Shown in pieces: positions 24,700 to 32,000 of a stretch of 32,000 nucleotides of DNA. Both the position numbers and the translations under genes were made by a program. The notes under the pieces are model-generated. The model searched no databases. It saw only the letters and a list, made by a program, of their open reading frames with translations, and was not told where the DNA came from. How positions within the stretch are numbered: the first letter of the stretch is position 1; each line of letters opens with the position of its first letter. The stretch comes from Opitutales bacterium (GTDB taxonomy: Bacteria > Verrucomicrobiota > Verrucomicrobiia > Opitutales > PNEW01). The DNA is taken from assembly GCA_965219535.1 (NCBI GenBank), contig CBDCNV010000002.1, positions 960,001 to 992,000 of the forward strand, in the 5' to 3' direction.

Positions 24700-25452
24700 C
24701 TATTTAGATGGCAAGTTATGATCTTTCGAAAAAAATGACGATAAATAATAATAAAAGACGGTCCATAATATTTTACTTCCCGCTTTAATCGTACCACTGA
24801 CAGTACCGGAAATTTTCGACTGTCCACCTTGACGCGGTAAATAACTCATCGGGATTTCCACAACCCGCAATTTGTATTCAATTGCGCGTATCTGCATTTC
24901 AACAGTCCAACCAAAGTTACGGTCACGCATGTTGATGGACTCAAGTGACTGGCGTCGTATAAGTCGCAAGGGTCCGAGATCATGATATCTAAATCCCCAA
25001 CCCAGATGGATGAGGGCGGCAGCGAAAGCATTGCCGAAGTTTTGGATCGGTGTCATTGCACGTCGACCTGACTTTGATACCCTTCGATTTGCGAGGATAA
25101 AATCAAAACGATCAGTGACAGCAAAAAAATCCGGCAGGCTCTCGAGATCGTCACTTCCGTCAGCATCGCAGAAGAGAACCCATTCACAATCGTGTGAGAG
25201 TGTCTGGTAGCCCGTCCAGCATGCTTGCCCGTATCCTTTTACCGGCTCGCACATAACTTCGGCACCCGCTTTTTCAGCGACCGCTGCCGTATTGTCATCA
25301 CTTGCATTGTTTACAACACGGATATTTCGAAGGTTAAGAACCTGTAACCGTTCGATAACTTTTCCGATGGTTGTCTCTTCATTATAGGCGGGAATAATAA
25401 CTTGTACTTTATCCAGCTCTATGCCATTCGCCTTCATGATGGGGTATTTCAA
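24700..25452 (-). CDS. Family-2 glycosyltransferase (polyprenyl-phosphate sugar synthase-like)
   Basis: 250-aa ORF. VIIPAYNEETTIGKVI, VVNNASDDNT, FCDADGSDD (DxD), and a C-terminal hydrophobic tail ILWTVFYYYLSSFF. Confidence 0.85.
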   Translation of the reverse strand: MKYPIMKANGIELDKVQVIIPAYNEETTIGKVIERLQVLNLRNIRVVNNASDDNTAAVAEKAGAEVMCEPVKGYGQACWTGYQTLSHDCEWVLFCDADGSDDLESLPDFFAVTDRFDFILANRRVSKSGRRAMTPIQNFGNAFAAALIHLGWGFRYHDLGPLRLIRRQSLESINMRDRNFGWTVEMQIRAIEYKLRVVEIPMSYLPRQGGQSKISGTVSGTIKAGSKILWTVFYYYLSSFFSKDHNLPSK

Positions 25453-25458
25453 TAATCG

Positions 25459-26778
25459 TTAAGTCTGTCTCTTTCGGTTTAGAGCGAGGAAAATGTCGAA
25501 GATAATGGCCAACGCAATAGCCCCGAACTCCAGCGGTCGCAGCCAGTCGGGATGGTTGAAATCACCGAGGGAGGAGTCCCCGAGATTTATACCTGTTGTA
25601 TAGCTTAAGCTGATAAGACCCAAGGCGGTAACTGACCAGCAACTTGGCTTTATCGCAACGAATGGCACTAGCCAAACTAGATACCAGGGATTGATTACGG
25701 GTGAAAATATGAAAAACAGACCTATCAGGATAGCGAGGGGTGGATCGGTGGCTTCTTTTTTTGACCACTTTAGAAAGAGCATGCCAAAGGCTAAAGTGAA
25801 AAGAGAAAGCCCAAGAATTTTTGCGGTGCCAGGTGATAAAAATAGTTGAAAGATGGCAAAGAGCGCAGAATTGAATTCCCAATAGTTAAGAAAAACACGC
25901 AGTCCATTCCACTCTGCGGTACTACCTTGTACGATAAAGGGAATATAAAGGACAAACAGCGTGAAGGCAAATATTGCCAGGCCGCGTAGCCCAGCACGCC
26001 AGGCAAAAAAGGGAGCTGCGAGCAATGCAAATGGTTTTGCCGCTACCGCAAAGGCACAATAAATCATAGATTGAATGCCACGGTGACGAGTAAACGCGAT
26101 ATAGCCCGCAAAGAGGAATAAGGCGCCAATAATGTCCGGGTGAGCATTAAAAGTGATCTCAACTATTAACAATGGGCACCAAGAATAAAAGAACAGCTGC
26201 CGCGGTTTGAAAAATTTTGCAATTAAGCCGAGAAGGACGAGATCGGCGGTAAAGAAGCATGCTTTCAGAGCAAGTAAATTTCCCGGAGCGGCGAGATAGC
26301 CCAAGAGAAAAACATATTCCAGCGTAGGTCCGTAGATCGTGGGAACATGGGGATAGTTCACCTGATCGATAATATCATGAATAAATAGGGGCAGGTCAGG
26401 GTTGGAAAATAATTCTCGCGGAGCGAGGTCATAGGGAGACCCTCTATATGCGAAAACCCAGCCATCGAGGAGAAAGCGGTAAAAATCATCCTCGTAAATA
26501 GGAATGGCTCCAAGAGCAATGAGGCGAAATATCACGGCCCATAGAATAATATCCCATATCCTTATTTTGCATTCCCCCTTTTGTGAAAAAAAGTAAAGGA
26601 GGAGGAAAATTGCCCAGGCTGCACCGAGAATGCTATAGAACCAGCTTAGTCGGATTACGTTTTCCTGATGCGACAACGAGGTGAGCCAGTAATAAAGAAG
26701 GGAGGTAGTGAGACCTCCTAGGTGTAACAATGCGACCGTCCGTTTATCGTATGCGCTCTGACTAGTAACCTCGGGCAT
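25459..26778 (-). CDS. GT-C-fold integral membrane glycosyltransferase (DUF2029 / PIG-M/GT87-like)
   Basis: 439-aa ORF with at least 9 hydrophobic helices. An acidic loop motif IYEDDFYRFLLDG follows the first helices, as in GT-C enzymes. Its stop lies 6 nt before the start of the downstream GT2 gene. Confidence 0.7.
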   Translation of the reverse strand: MPEVTSQSAYDKRTVALLHLGGLTTSLLYYWLTSLSHQENVIRLSWFYSILGAAWAIFLLLYFFSQKGECKIRIWDIILWAVIFRLIALGAIPIYEDDFYRFLLDGWVFAYRGSPYDLAPRELFSNPDLPLFIHDIIDQVNYPHVPTIYGPTLEYVFLLGYLAAPGNLLALKACFFTADLVLLGLIAKFFKPRQLFFYSWCPLLIVEITFNAHPDIIGALFLFAGYIAFTRHRGIQSMIYCAFAVAAKPFALLAAPFFAWRAGLRGLAIFAFTLFVLYIPFIVQGSTAEWNGLRVFLNYWEFNSALFAIFQLFLSPGTAKILGLSLFTLAFGMLFLKWSKKEATDPPLAILIGLFFIFSPVINPWYLVWLVPFVAIKPSCWSVTALGLISLSYTTGINLGDSSLGDFNHPDWLRPLEFGAIALAIIFDIFLALNRKRQT

Positions 26779-26808
26779 CTAATTATTTATAGAGAAAGCC
26801 AGGGTTAT

Positions 26809-26825
26809 CGCATTTTTAAAATGCG
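26809..26825. promoter_or_regulatory. Perfect palindrome cgcatttt-t-aaaatgcg between yceI-like and the GT-C operon
   Basis: 8-bp arms with a 1-nt spacer, read directly. It sits in the only sizeable gap (81 bp) of the 24040-29920 co-directional block. Candidate operator or weak terminator. Confidence 0.3.
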
Positions 26826-26859
26826 TTAGCCACACGCTTAGGTAACCAGGTTATGCCTT

Positions 26860-27444
26860 TTATAATCGTTTGGCTTCGACGTAAATATTTATTTCGACCT
26901 CATTCCCGACTACACCCTGACCATAGTTAATTCCGAAATCTGTCCGATCAATCGTCGTCTCACCTTCCCATCCAGAAATAAAACTGTCTCTGCTCCCTTT
27001 TCCAAAACCAAGTGATGTTACATTCAATACGACTTCTTTCGTAATATCCTTTATCGTCAGTTGACCAGTGACGGCATAAGTGTTTTCGCCGGTAGTCTCC
27101 CACTTACTGCTTTTAAAACTCATGGAGGGGAAATCTGAAACAAGAAAAAAATCTTCATTTTGCAGATGTTTGTCGCGTTTATCGTTATTCGTATCAACGC
27201 TAGCTATAGCGATGACTGCTTCGGTTGAACTATTTTCCATATTATCACGATCGACCGTGATCGTCCCTTTGAAATCTGCAAAATTACCGGGGACACGTGT
27301 AAAGAAGTGACGTACTTTAAAATTGATCCCTGAATGGGCGTTGTCTATCTCATAGGTTTCAACCTCGGCGTTAGTGATGCTTGAACAGAGGCTAAAGATA
27401 GCGATTAGAAGAAGTGTTTTAGATATATTGGTGTATGATTCCAT
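26860..27444 (-). CDS. YceI-family periplasmic (polyisoprenoid-binding-like) protein
   Basis: 194-aa ORF. Signal peptide LLLIAIFSLCSSITNA. IDNAHSGINFKVRHFFTRVPGNFADFKGTI is the typical YceI N-terminal strand motif. Confidence 0.88.
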   Translation of the reverse strand: MESYTNISKTLLLIAIFSLCSSITNAEVETYEIDNAHSGINFKVRHFFTRVPGNFADFKGTITVDRDNMENSSTEAVIAIASVDTNNDKRDKHLQNEDFFLVSDFPSMSFKSSKWETTGENTYAVTGQLTIKDITKEVVLNVTSLGFGKGSRDSFISGWEGETTIDRTDFGINYGQGVVGNEVEINIYVEAKRL

Positions 27445-27468
27445 ATTTTTAATCAGTTAATTAAACAA

Positions 27469-28239
27469 TTATAACAAACTTGCCAAGTCTTGGGGTTCTC
27501 CCTCCGTCGATAATATGTAAAGTTGATCATCACTTGTCCATGTAGCTGAGGAACGATCGTTGAATTGATGATACTGTGGGGTGTTGAGATCCGGGATTGC
27601 CTTTCTGTCAGTGACATACAAGTGATAGATTTTGTCTCCCTTGAAGCAGATAAGACCTAATTGGTGTCCCTGCCAGGTGAAACTAAGACAGCCAATTCCA
27701 TTCAGGTTCTGTAGTTTCGTTGGAATGTTTTGAGGTGCAGGAGAATTATGTGTCATGAGAAAATCTTGTAGCGCCACGACGTCGTTATTTTGGTAATCGA
27801 GTGTGGATACGGATCGCGAGTGTTCAGTAACTGCCTGAACCAAAGCTTCCATTTCCGATTGTGTTTGAACACTGGTTTCCCGTGGCCTGAGTAGGACAAC
27901 ACCAAGAGTAAAAAGTGCAATAAAACAAGCAGCTACAGACCATGTCAGGGGTTGCCGCCACCAAATAACTTTAGTGAGATCGGTGAAATTCTTAGCTTCA
28001 GTGTTAGATGCTGATGATGGCAGATTGCTTAGGATCTTTTCCTTCAAATCGGCAGGAGGTTCAATGCCATGCAATTTTTGAGCAAAGATTTGATCGAAGG
28101 ATTGTTCTCTATCCAACCAACTTCTAAGTTCGTTGTCATTCTCCGCGAAGAACAATGCCTCCTTGAAGATAGGATCATTAGTGTCGTCGAGGTGAGGGCG
28201 GTAGGATTGAAGAATTGCTTTAGCTTCTTCCGTATTCAT
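27469..28239 (-). CDS. Anti-sigma factor (single-pass membrane protein) paired with the upstream ECF sigma
   Basis: 256-aa ORF directly downstream of the ECF sigma gene. Cytoplasmic N-domain, one TM (LTWSVAACFIALFTLGVVLL) and a periplasmic C-domain. The call rests on position and architecture. Confidence 0.65.
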   Translation of the reverse strand: MNTEEAKAILQSYRPHLDDTNDPIFKEALFFAENDNELRSWLDREQSFDQIFAQKLHGIEPPADLKEKILSNLPSSASNTEAKNFTDLTKVIWWRQPLTWSVAACFIALFTLGVVLLRPRETSVQTQSEMEALVQAVTEHSRSVSTLDYQNNDVVALQDFLMTHNSPAPQNIPTKLQNLNGIGCLSFTWQGHQLGLICFKGDKIYHLYVTDRKAIPDLNTPQYHQFNDRSSATWTSDDQLYILSTEGEPQDLASLL

Positions 28240-28273
28240 GGTCTGGGATATATTTTTGTTAAAACGGCTTTAG

Positions 28274-28783
28274 TTATTTTTCTAAAAGTACTTTCCTGAG
28301 TTGAGACTTTCCCCGCGAAAGTCGCGACATGATGGTTCCAATAGGCACATCCAAAGCTTCGGCAATCTCTTTGTAGGATAAATCATATAAATAAAATAAT
28401 GTCAGAGGGACACGATATATTTCATCGACATGGACTAAGGCATTTACAGCACTCATCGCATCTAAAGAAGTGACGACATCTTGGGTTACCGCGGGCATTT
28501 CACTTTCCATTTTTTCTGGCTCTACATTGTCCATGCGATTTCCTCTACGCCGAACCCTTAAAAACTCACGATAGAGCGTAGTGAACAACCAGGATTTAAC
28601 CTTAGTGGGGTCGCGCAACGATGATCCCTTAGTCGCCCAAATATAAAATGACTGCTGGGTGAGATCAGCGGCATCATCTTGATTACCTGCCAGGCTGTAG
28701 GCAAAGCGGAATAATGGTTTGTAGTAAGTATTCACTAAATTTGAGAAATCTAAGGTGTTCTCTGTGTCCTTAGGAGTGTTCAT
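28274..28783 (-). CDS. ECF-type RNA polymerase sigma-70 factor
   Basis: 169-aa ORF. Region 2 (LFRFAYSLAGNQDDAADLTQQSFYIW) and region 4 HTH (LSYKEIAEALDVPIGTIMSRLSRGKSQLRK). Confidence 0.92.
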   Translation of the reverse strand: MNTPKDTENTLDFSNLVNTYYKPLFRFAYSLAGNQDDAADLTQQSFYIWATKGSSLRDPTKVKSWLFTTLYREFLRVRRRGNRMDNVEPEKMESEMPAVTQDVVTSLDAMSAVNALVHVDEIYRVPLTLFYLYDLSYKEIAEALDVPIGTIMSRLSRGKSQLRKVLLEK

Positions 28784-28831
28784 AATCCTATATTATTCCC
28801 GTAACCAAAAGCTGTGGACTGAAAAAGTGAC

Positions 28832-29920
28832 TCATAATACGAGCATAGCGTCTCCGTAGCTATAAAATCGATAACCTTTGTCAATAGCCCTGCTGTAAAT
28901 TGCTTTCAACCATTTAATGCCTTCAATCTCACCGGGAGTTAAAAAGGCGGCTACAAGGCAAAGGAGGGTAGAACGTGGCAGATGAAAATTTGTCAATAAA
29001 AGGTCCGTAGTGGTAAATGTGGCGGGGGGATAGATGAAAATGTCGGCTTCTGAACTAAAATCATCATTGAGACTCAGTGGATCAATCTTAGAGGCGACGA
29101 TTTTTCGTGAGTAGTCTTCCATTGTTCGCACAGAAGTTGTCCCTACTGCCAGGCGCGAGCCGCCAGGCGCTGAATGAATTGCGCGGCAGGTTGCGGCGGG
29201 TATTTCATAAATTTCCCGATGGATAACATGTTCTTCAATCGTACTTGTGGCAATCGGGCGGAAAGTATCCAATCCGACATGAAGCGTAAGGTCATAACTT
29301 TGGATCCCGATCTTTTCGAGTGAATCCAATATTGCAGGAGTAAAATGGAGACCTGCAGTCGGTGCTGCCGCAGCGACTTTTTTCTTCGGGTCGGCGTATA
29401 CAGTCTGATAACGTTGGATGTCGAGTGACTTATTGGTGTCGTCGGGTTTGCGATGGATGTAGGGAGGTAACGGAATTTCTCCAATGCGCTCAGTGAGCTG
29501 CAGAATCGATTCGTTGAACTCCGGAATTATTTCCACAAGACATTCTCCAGACAACTTTTTTTCTAATACCGTTGCCTGGTAATGGCCTTGCGAACCGAAG
29601 TTTGCTCCGGGAGGCAGTTTACGCGCGGGCTTAATCAGGCACCACCACGCGTAAGGGTTACTTGTCGGATGAAGAAGAAGGCATTCGACTTTACCACCAT
29701 GAGGGCGCTGACCATAGAGGCGCGCTTTCAGGACGGTTGCATTGTTGCGAAAAAGAAAACAAGGCTTAGGTAATAAATCCGGTAAATCATGGAATCGATG
29801 ATCTTCGATGCTTCCTGCTTGACGGTTAATTACGAGAAGCCGTGATTCATCCCTTTGCTCGACGGGAATTTGTGCAATCGCGCTTTCCGGAAGCTCATAT
29901 TCAAATAAAGTAGTGTCCAA
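28832..29920 (-). CDS. queA: S-adenosylmethionine:tRNA ribosyltransferase-isomerase
   Basis: 362-aa ORF with a TTG start. LFEYELPESAIAQIPVEQRDESRLLV, PLPPYI, APTAGLHFT, GTTSVRTME, FYSYGDAMLV. This is the canonical QueA motif series. Confidence 0.95.
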   Translation of the reverse strand: MDTTLFEYELPESAIAQIPVEQRDESRLLVINRQAGSIEDHRFHDLPDLLPKPCFLFRNNATVLKARLYGQRPHGGKVECLLLHPTSNPYAWWCLIKPARKLPPGANFGSQGHYQATVLEKKLSGECLVEIIPEFNESILQLTERIGEIPLPPYIHRKPDDTNKSLDIQRYQTVYADPKKKVAAAAPTAGLHFTPAILDSLEKIGIQSYDLTLHVGLDTFRPIATSTIEEHVIHREIYEIPAATCRAIHSAPGGSRLAVGTTSVRTMEDYSRKIVASKIDPLSLNDDFSSEADIFIYPPATFTTTDLLLTNFHLPRSTLLCLVAAFLTPGEIEGIKWLKAIYSRAIDKGYRFYSYGDAMLVL

Positions 29921-30012
29921 TGGTGTGAAAAAATTTCTTATGATTTAAACAATCCAATCCTATTGGGGAAGGGTAAAACGCAAAATTCGATTACGCTTTA
30001 AATACGGCTATA

Positions 30013-30477
30013 ATGCCTTATAGATTAATTATGTCCAAAAGAGAAGATACTTTAAGTCATCTTCTGGATCGTTGTCGCAAAGAGGGAATGAGGATAACAG
30101 CGGCTTTAAAAAAAATCCTCAATCTGCTGAACAGCAAAGAAGGACCAGTCACCGTTAAGTCACTTATTGAATCGAAAAATATCGAAGGCAGCTGCGATCC
30201 AGCTACTGTCTATCGGTTGCTACAGAAGTTGGAAGAAAATAGTATAATTCGAAAAATTGGTCTTCATGATCGATCGACACACTTTATTTTAAATGAATCT
30301 GATCAACACCGTGACTATGTTGTCTGTCTCAACTGCGGTGATGTAGAGGTCCTCGAAATGACCTGCCCGGTAGAAGAACTGGAAAACCAAGTCAGTAAAA
30401 ATACGGGATTCCAGGACGTATACCATGAACTGCAATTCTATGGTATTTGCCCGGAATGTGTGAAGGGCAAATTATAG
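30013..30477 (+). CDS. Fur-family metalloregulator (Fur/Zur/PerR type not resolved)
   Basis: 154-aa ORF. Winged-helix part (RITAALKKILNLL...TVYRLLQKLEENSIIRKI). CxxC pairs CLNCGDV and CPEC form the structural Zn site. The track ATG (30013) overlaps a TATAAT hexamer at 30009-30014, so ATG 30031 (MSKRED...) may be the real start. Confidence 0.88.
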   Translation: MPYRLIMSKREDTLSHLLDRCRKEGMRITAALKKILNLLNSKEGPVTVKSLIESKNIEGSCDPATVYRLLQKLEENSIIRKIGLHDRSTHFILNESDQHRDYVVCLNCGDVEVLEMTCPVEELENQVSKNTGFQDVYHELQFYGICPECVKGKL

Positions 30478-30529
30478 AATCCCGATATATCCACCTCAAG
30501 CATGCGGATGATTATTACATTCGGCTTGC

Positions 30530-32000
30530 ATGCCAGCAGTGATAAACTGTAATGCCGCCTGTTTACTGATAATACTTATCCCGGTGCAAAACATTAAAAC
30601 GAAAATACCTATTTCGAAATTATTCTTCCTATTGCTTATAGCATACCTGCCTCTTTTTGGTAGCGAAGAGAATAAGAAAAACAAAGTTAATTTCACGTGG
30701 AACGAAATTCCGTCCTTATTGACATCGGGTATAACTCAAGAATTGACAGGTTTAAGGGAAGCATTTGCCGGAGTTCATAATGATGCTTACATTATCGCGG
30801 GTGGAATTCGCAGTATTAAACGTGGAGATGAGAGTGAGAATATTTGGAGTGACGAGATATACGTCCTGGAGAAAAACGCCGATGGCAATTACCAGTGGAA
30901 TGACCGTAGTATAAACAAATTACCCCGACCACTGGCCCAAGGTGTAGCGATAACGACAGCGGAAGGTATTTTATGCATCGGTGGCAGCGATGAGGATGAA
31001 TGTTCTTCAGCTGTATATCTTCTGCGATGGAACAGCGCCGAGCAGCAAGTCGAAATTGATACAATGCCATCGTTACCTCGCCCCTTGGCTTTAATGAGTG
31101 GTGCCAAAATCGGCAACTCCGTTTACATAGCCGGAGGGCAGGAGAGTATAAAGAATGCAAGAGCGACGAACAATTTCTGGACCCTCAATCTTGTTCAAGA
31201 AAAGGGACACAATAATCACTGGCGTGAACTCAGCTCCTGGCCAGGACCCGCGCGCATAGAACCAGTAGCGATTGAGCAAAGTGATGGTGTAATAGATGCC
31301 TTTTATCTTTTTGGCGGTCATTCTCTGGAACCCGAAAGCAAAGATAAAGCGCTTACTGACATTTATCATTTCAATCCAGAATTAGGAGTATGGAAACGCA
31401 TTTCCGACATAAATTCAAGTTATACATTAAGTCATGCTTCTGGTATCCCTTACGGTGCTAATCACGTGCTGTTTTTCAATGGGGCAGCGCAACAAATATT
31501 GGCCTATCATACGATTACAGATACCTGGATCGAAGTGTCAGATCTTCCAGCTCGTGGTGAGATAGGGGCAAATGCTGTCTTGTGGGACAATGCTTTTGTA
31601 ATCCCTGTGACTTCCTATCAGCCAGGTGGGACAACGACGAATTTTTGGAAAATCGAACGCCAGATTATTCATAAGTTTGGCTGGTTAAATTACACGGTCC
31701 TCATTCTCTTTTTTGTCATGCTTATAATTATGGGTTGGTTCTTTTCTAAACGCGAAAAGAGCACGGATGATTATTTTAAAGCGGGGAAACGTGTTCCCTG
31801 GTGGGCAGCGGGTATAAGTATCATTGGGACTGGACTAAGCGCTCTCACCTTTATGGCGGTCCCCGCCAAAGCTTATGCTACCGACTGGATCTATTATTTC
31901 AGTTATCTTTTTGGCCCTCTCCTTGCACCCGTCATCGTCTATGCATTTCTTCCTTTTTTTCGCAGACTCAATGTTACCACCGCCTATGAATATCTTGAAT
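30530..32000 (+). CDS. Fusion protein: N-terminal Kelch-repeat / NanM-like (cyclically permuted mutarotase) domain plus a sodium:solute symporter (SSS) domain; the 3' end runs off the window
   Basis: Absent from the ORF track (open to the window end). The frame is open from 30512. Candidate starts are ATG 30530 and GTG 30584 (..KIPISKLFFLLLIAYLPLFG signal-like). Hand translation: FTWNEIPSLL...AFAGVHNDAYIIAGG...ILCIGGSDEDE...VYIAGGQES...AFYLFGGHS...VLFFNGA... (Kelch/NanM-type blades). Then TM LNYTVLILFFVMLIIMGWFF, then DDYFKAGKRVPWWAAGISIIGTGLSALTFMAVPAKAY (SSS N-terminal signature). No in-frame stops to base 32000. Confidence 0.85.
   Translation, partial: MPAVINCNAACLLIILIPVQNIKTKIPISKLFFLLLIAYLPLFGSEENKKNKVNFTWNEIPSLLTSGITQELTGLREAFAGVHNDAYIIAGGIRSIKRGDESENIWSDEIYVLEKNADGNYQWNDRSINKLPRPLAQGVAITTAEGILCIGGSDEDECSSAVYLLRWNSAEQQVEIDTMPSLPRPLALMSGAKIGNSVYIAGGQESIKNARATNNFWTLNLVQEKGHNNHWRELSSWPGPARIEPVAIEQSDGVIDAFYLFGGHSLEPESKDKALTDIYHFNPELGVWKRISDINSSYTLSHASGIPYGANHVLFFNGAAQQILAYHTITDTWIEVSDLPARGEIGANAVLWDNAFVIPVTSYQPGGTTTNFWKIERQIIHKFGWLNYTVLILFFVMLIIMGWFFSKREKSTDDYFKAGKRVPWWAAGISIIGTGLSALTFMAVPAKAYATDWIYYFSYLFGPLLAPVIVYAFLPFFRRLNVTTAYEYLE

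Noticed and set aside
30496-31989. Track ORFs 30496-30696 -, 30816-31160 -, 30889-31116 -, 31091-31369 - and 31801-31989 +
   Set aside because: All overlap the long plus-strand Kelch-SSS frame, which the track omits because it is open to the window edge. That frame has clear family motifs and the listed ORFs do not.
1-32000. tRNA, rRNA, tmRNA or known riboswitches in the intergenic regions (2423-2779, 4664-5036, 9020-9189, 10129-10356, 14469-14583, 16611-16825, 23885-24039, 29921-30012)
   Set aside because: No cloverleaf-compatible segments, conserved rRNA blocks or riboswitch cores I can recognise by eye. A tRNAscan-SE/Infernal run would be needed to exclude them formally.

Overview
The window is 32 kb of bacterial chromosome, moderately AT-rich by eye, densely coding, with about 30 protein genes. 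I found no rRNA, tRNA, CRISPR array, transposase or integrase. The gene content hints at a PVC-group or marine heterotroph, based on ECF sigma/anti-sigma pairs, a Kelch-SSS fusion, a DUF481 outer-membrane protein and a TPR lipoprotein; this taxonomic guess is weak.

Layout:
- 1-2422 (-): operon of an S24/S26-like protein, an RraA-like aldolase and a class-III aminotransferase.
- 2780-4657 (-): htpG.
- About 5037-5381 (+): a DUF488 gene with no canonical start codon, bracketed by two copies of an unusual short-period repeat element.
- 5511-7833: a divergent pair of hypothetical genes.
- 7898-10128: amidohydrolase_2 divergent from a class-IV aminotransferase.
- 10357-12366: a TPR lipoprotein.
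- 12418-21100 (+): a nine-gene oxidative/transaminating cluster (DAO-type flavoenzyme, PhyH dioxygenase, P450, SDR, P450, Rieske ferredoxin, VOC, class-III aminotransferase, SDR). It has no scaffold synthase and I could not match it to a known pathway.
- 21313-22641 (-): a convergent DAO-type flavoenzyme.
- 22881-23884 (-): a frameshifted DUF481 outer-membrane barrel gene.
- 24040-29920 (-): a co-directional block of queA, ECF sigma, anti-sigma, YceI, a GT-C membrane glycosyltransferase and two GT2 genes.
- 30013-30477 (+): a Fur-family regulator.
- 30530 to the window edge (+): a Kelch/NanM-like mutarotase fused to a sodium:solute symporter.

The most unusual non-coding signal is a composite intergenic element made of phased GCG/CCGGA octamers plus AACCYTG heptamers. 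Copy A is very GGA-dense. There are at least three copies, at 4783-4950, 5389-5508 and 21101-21316.

All functional calls come from motif recognition in the translations. No database search was run.
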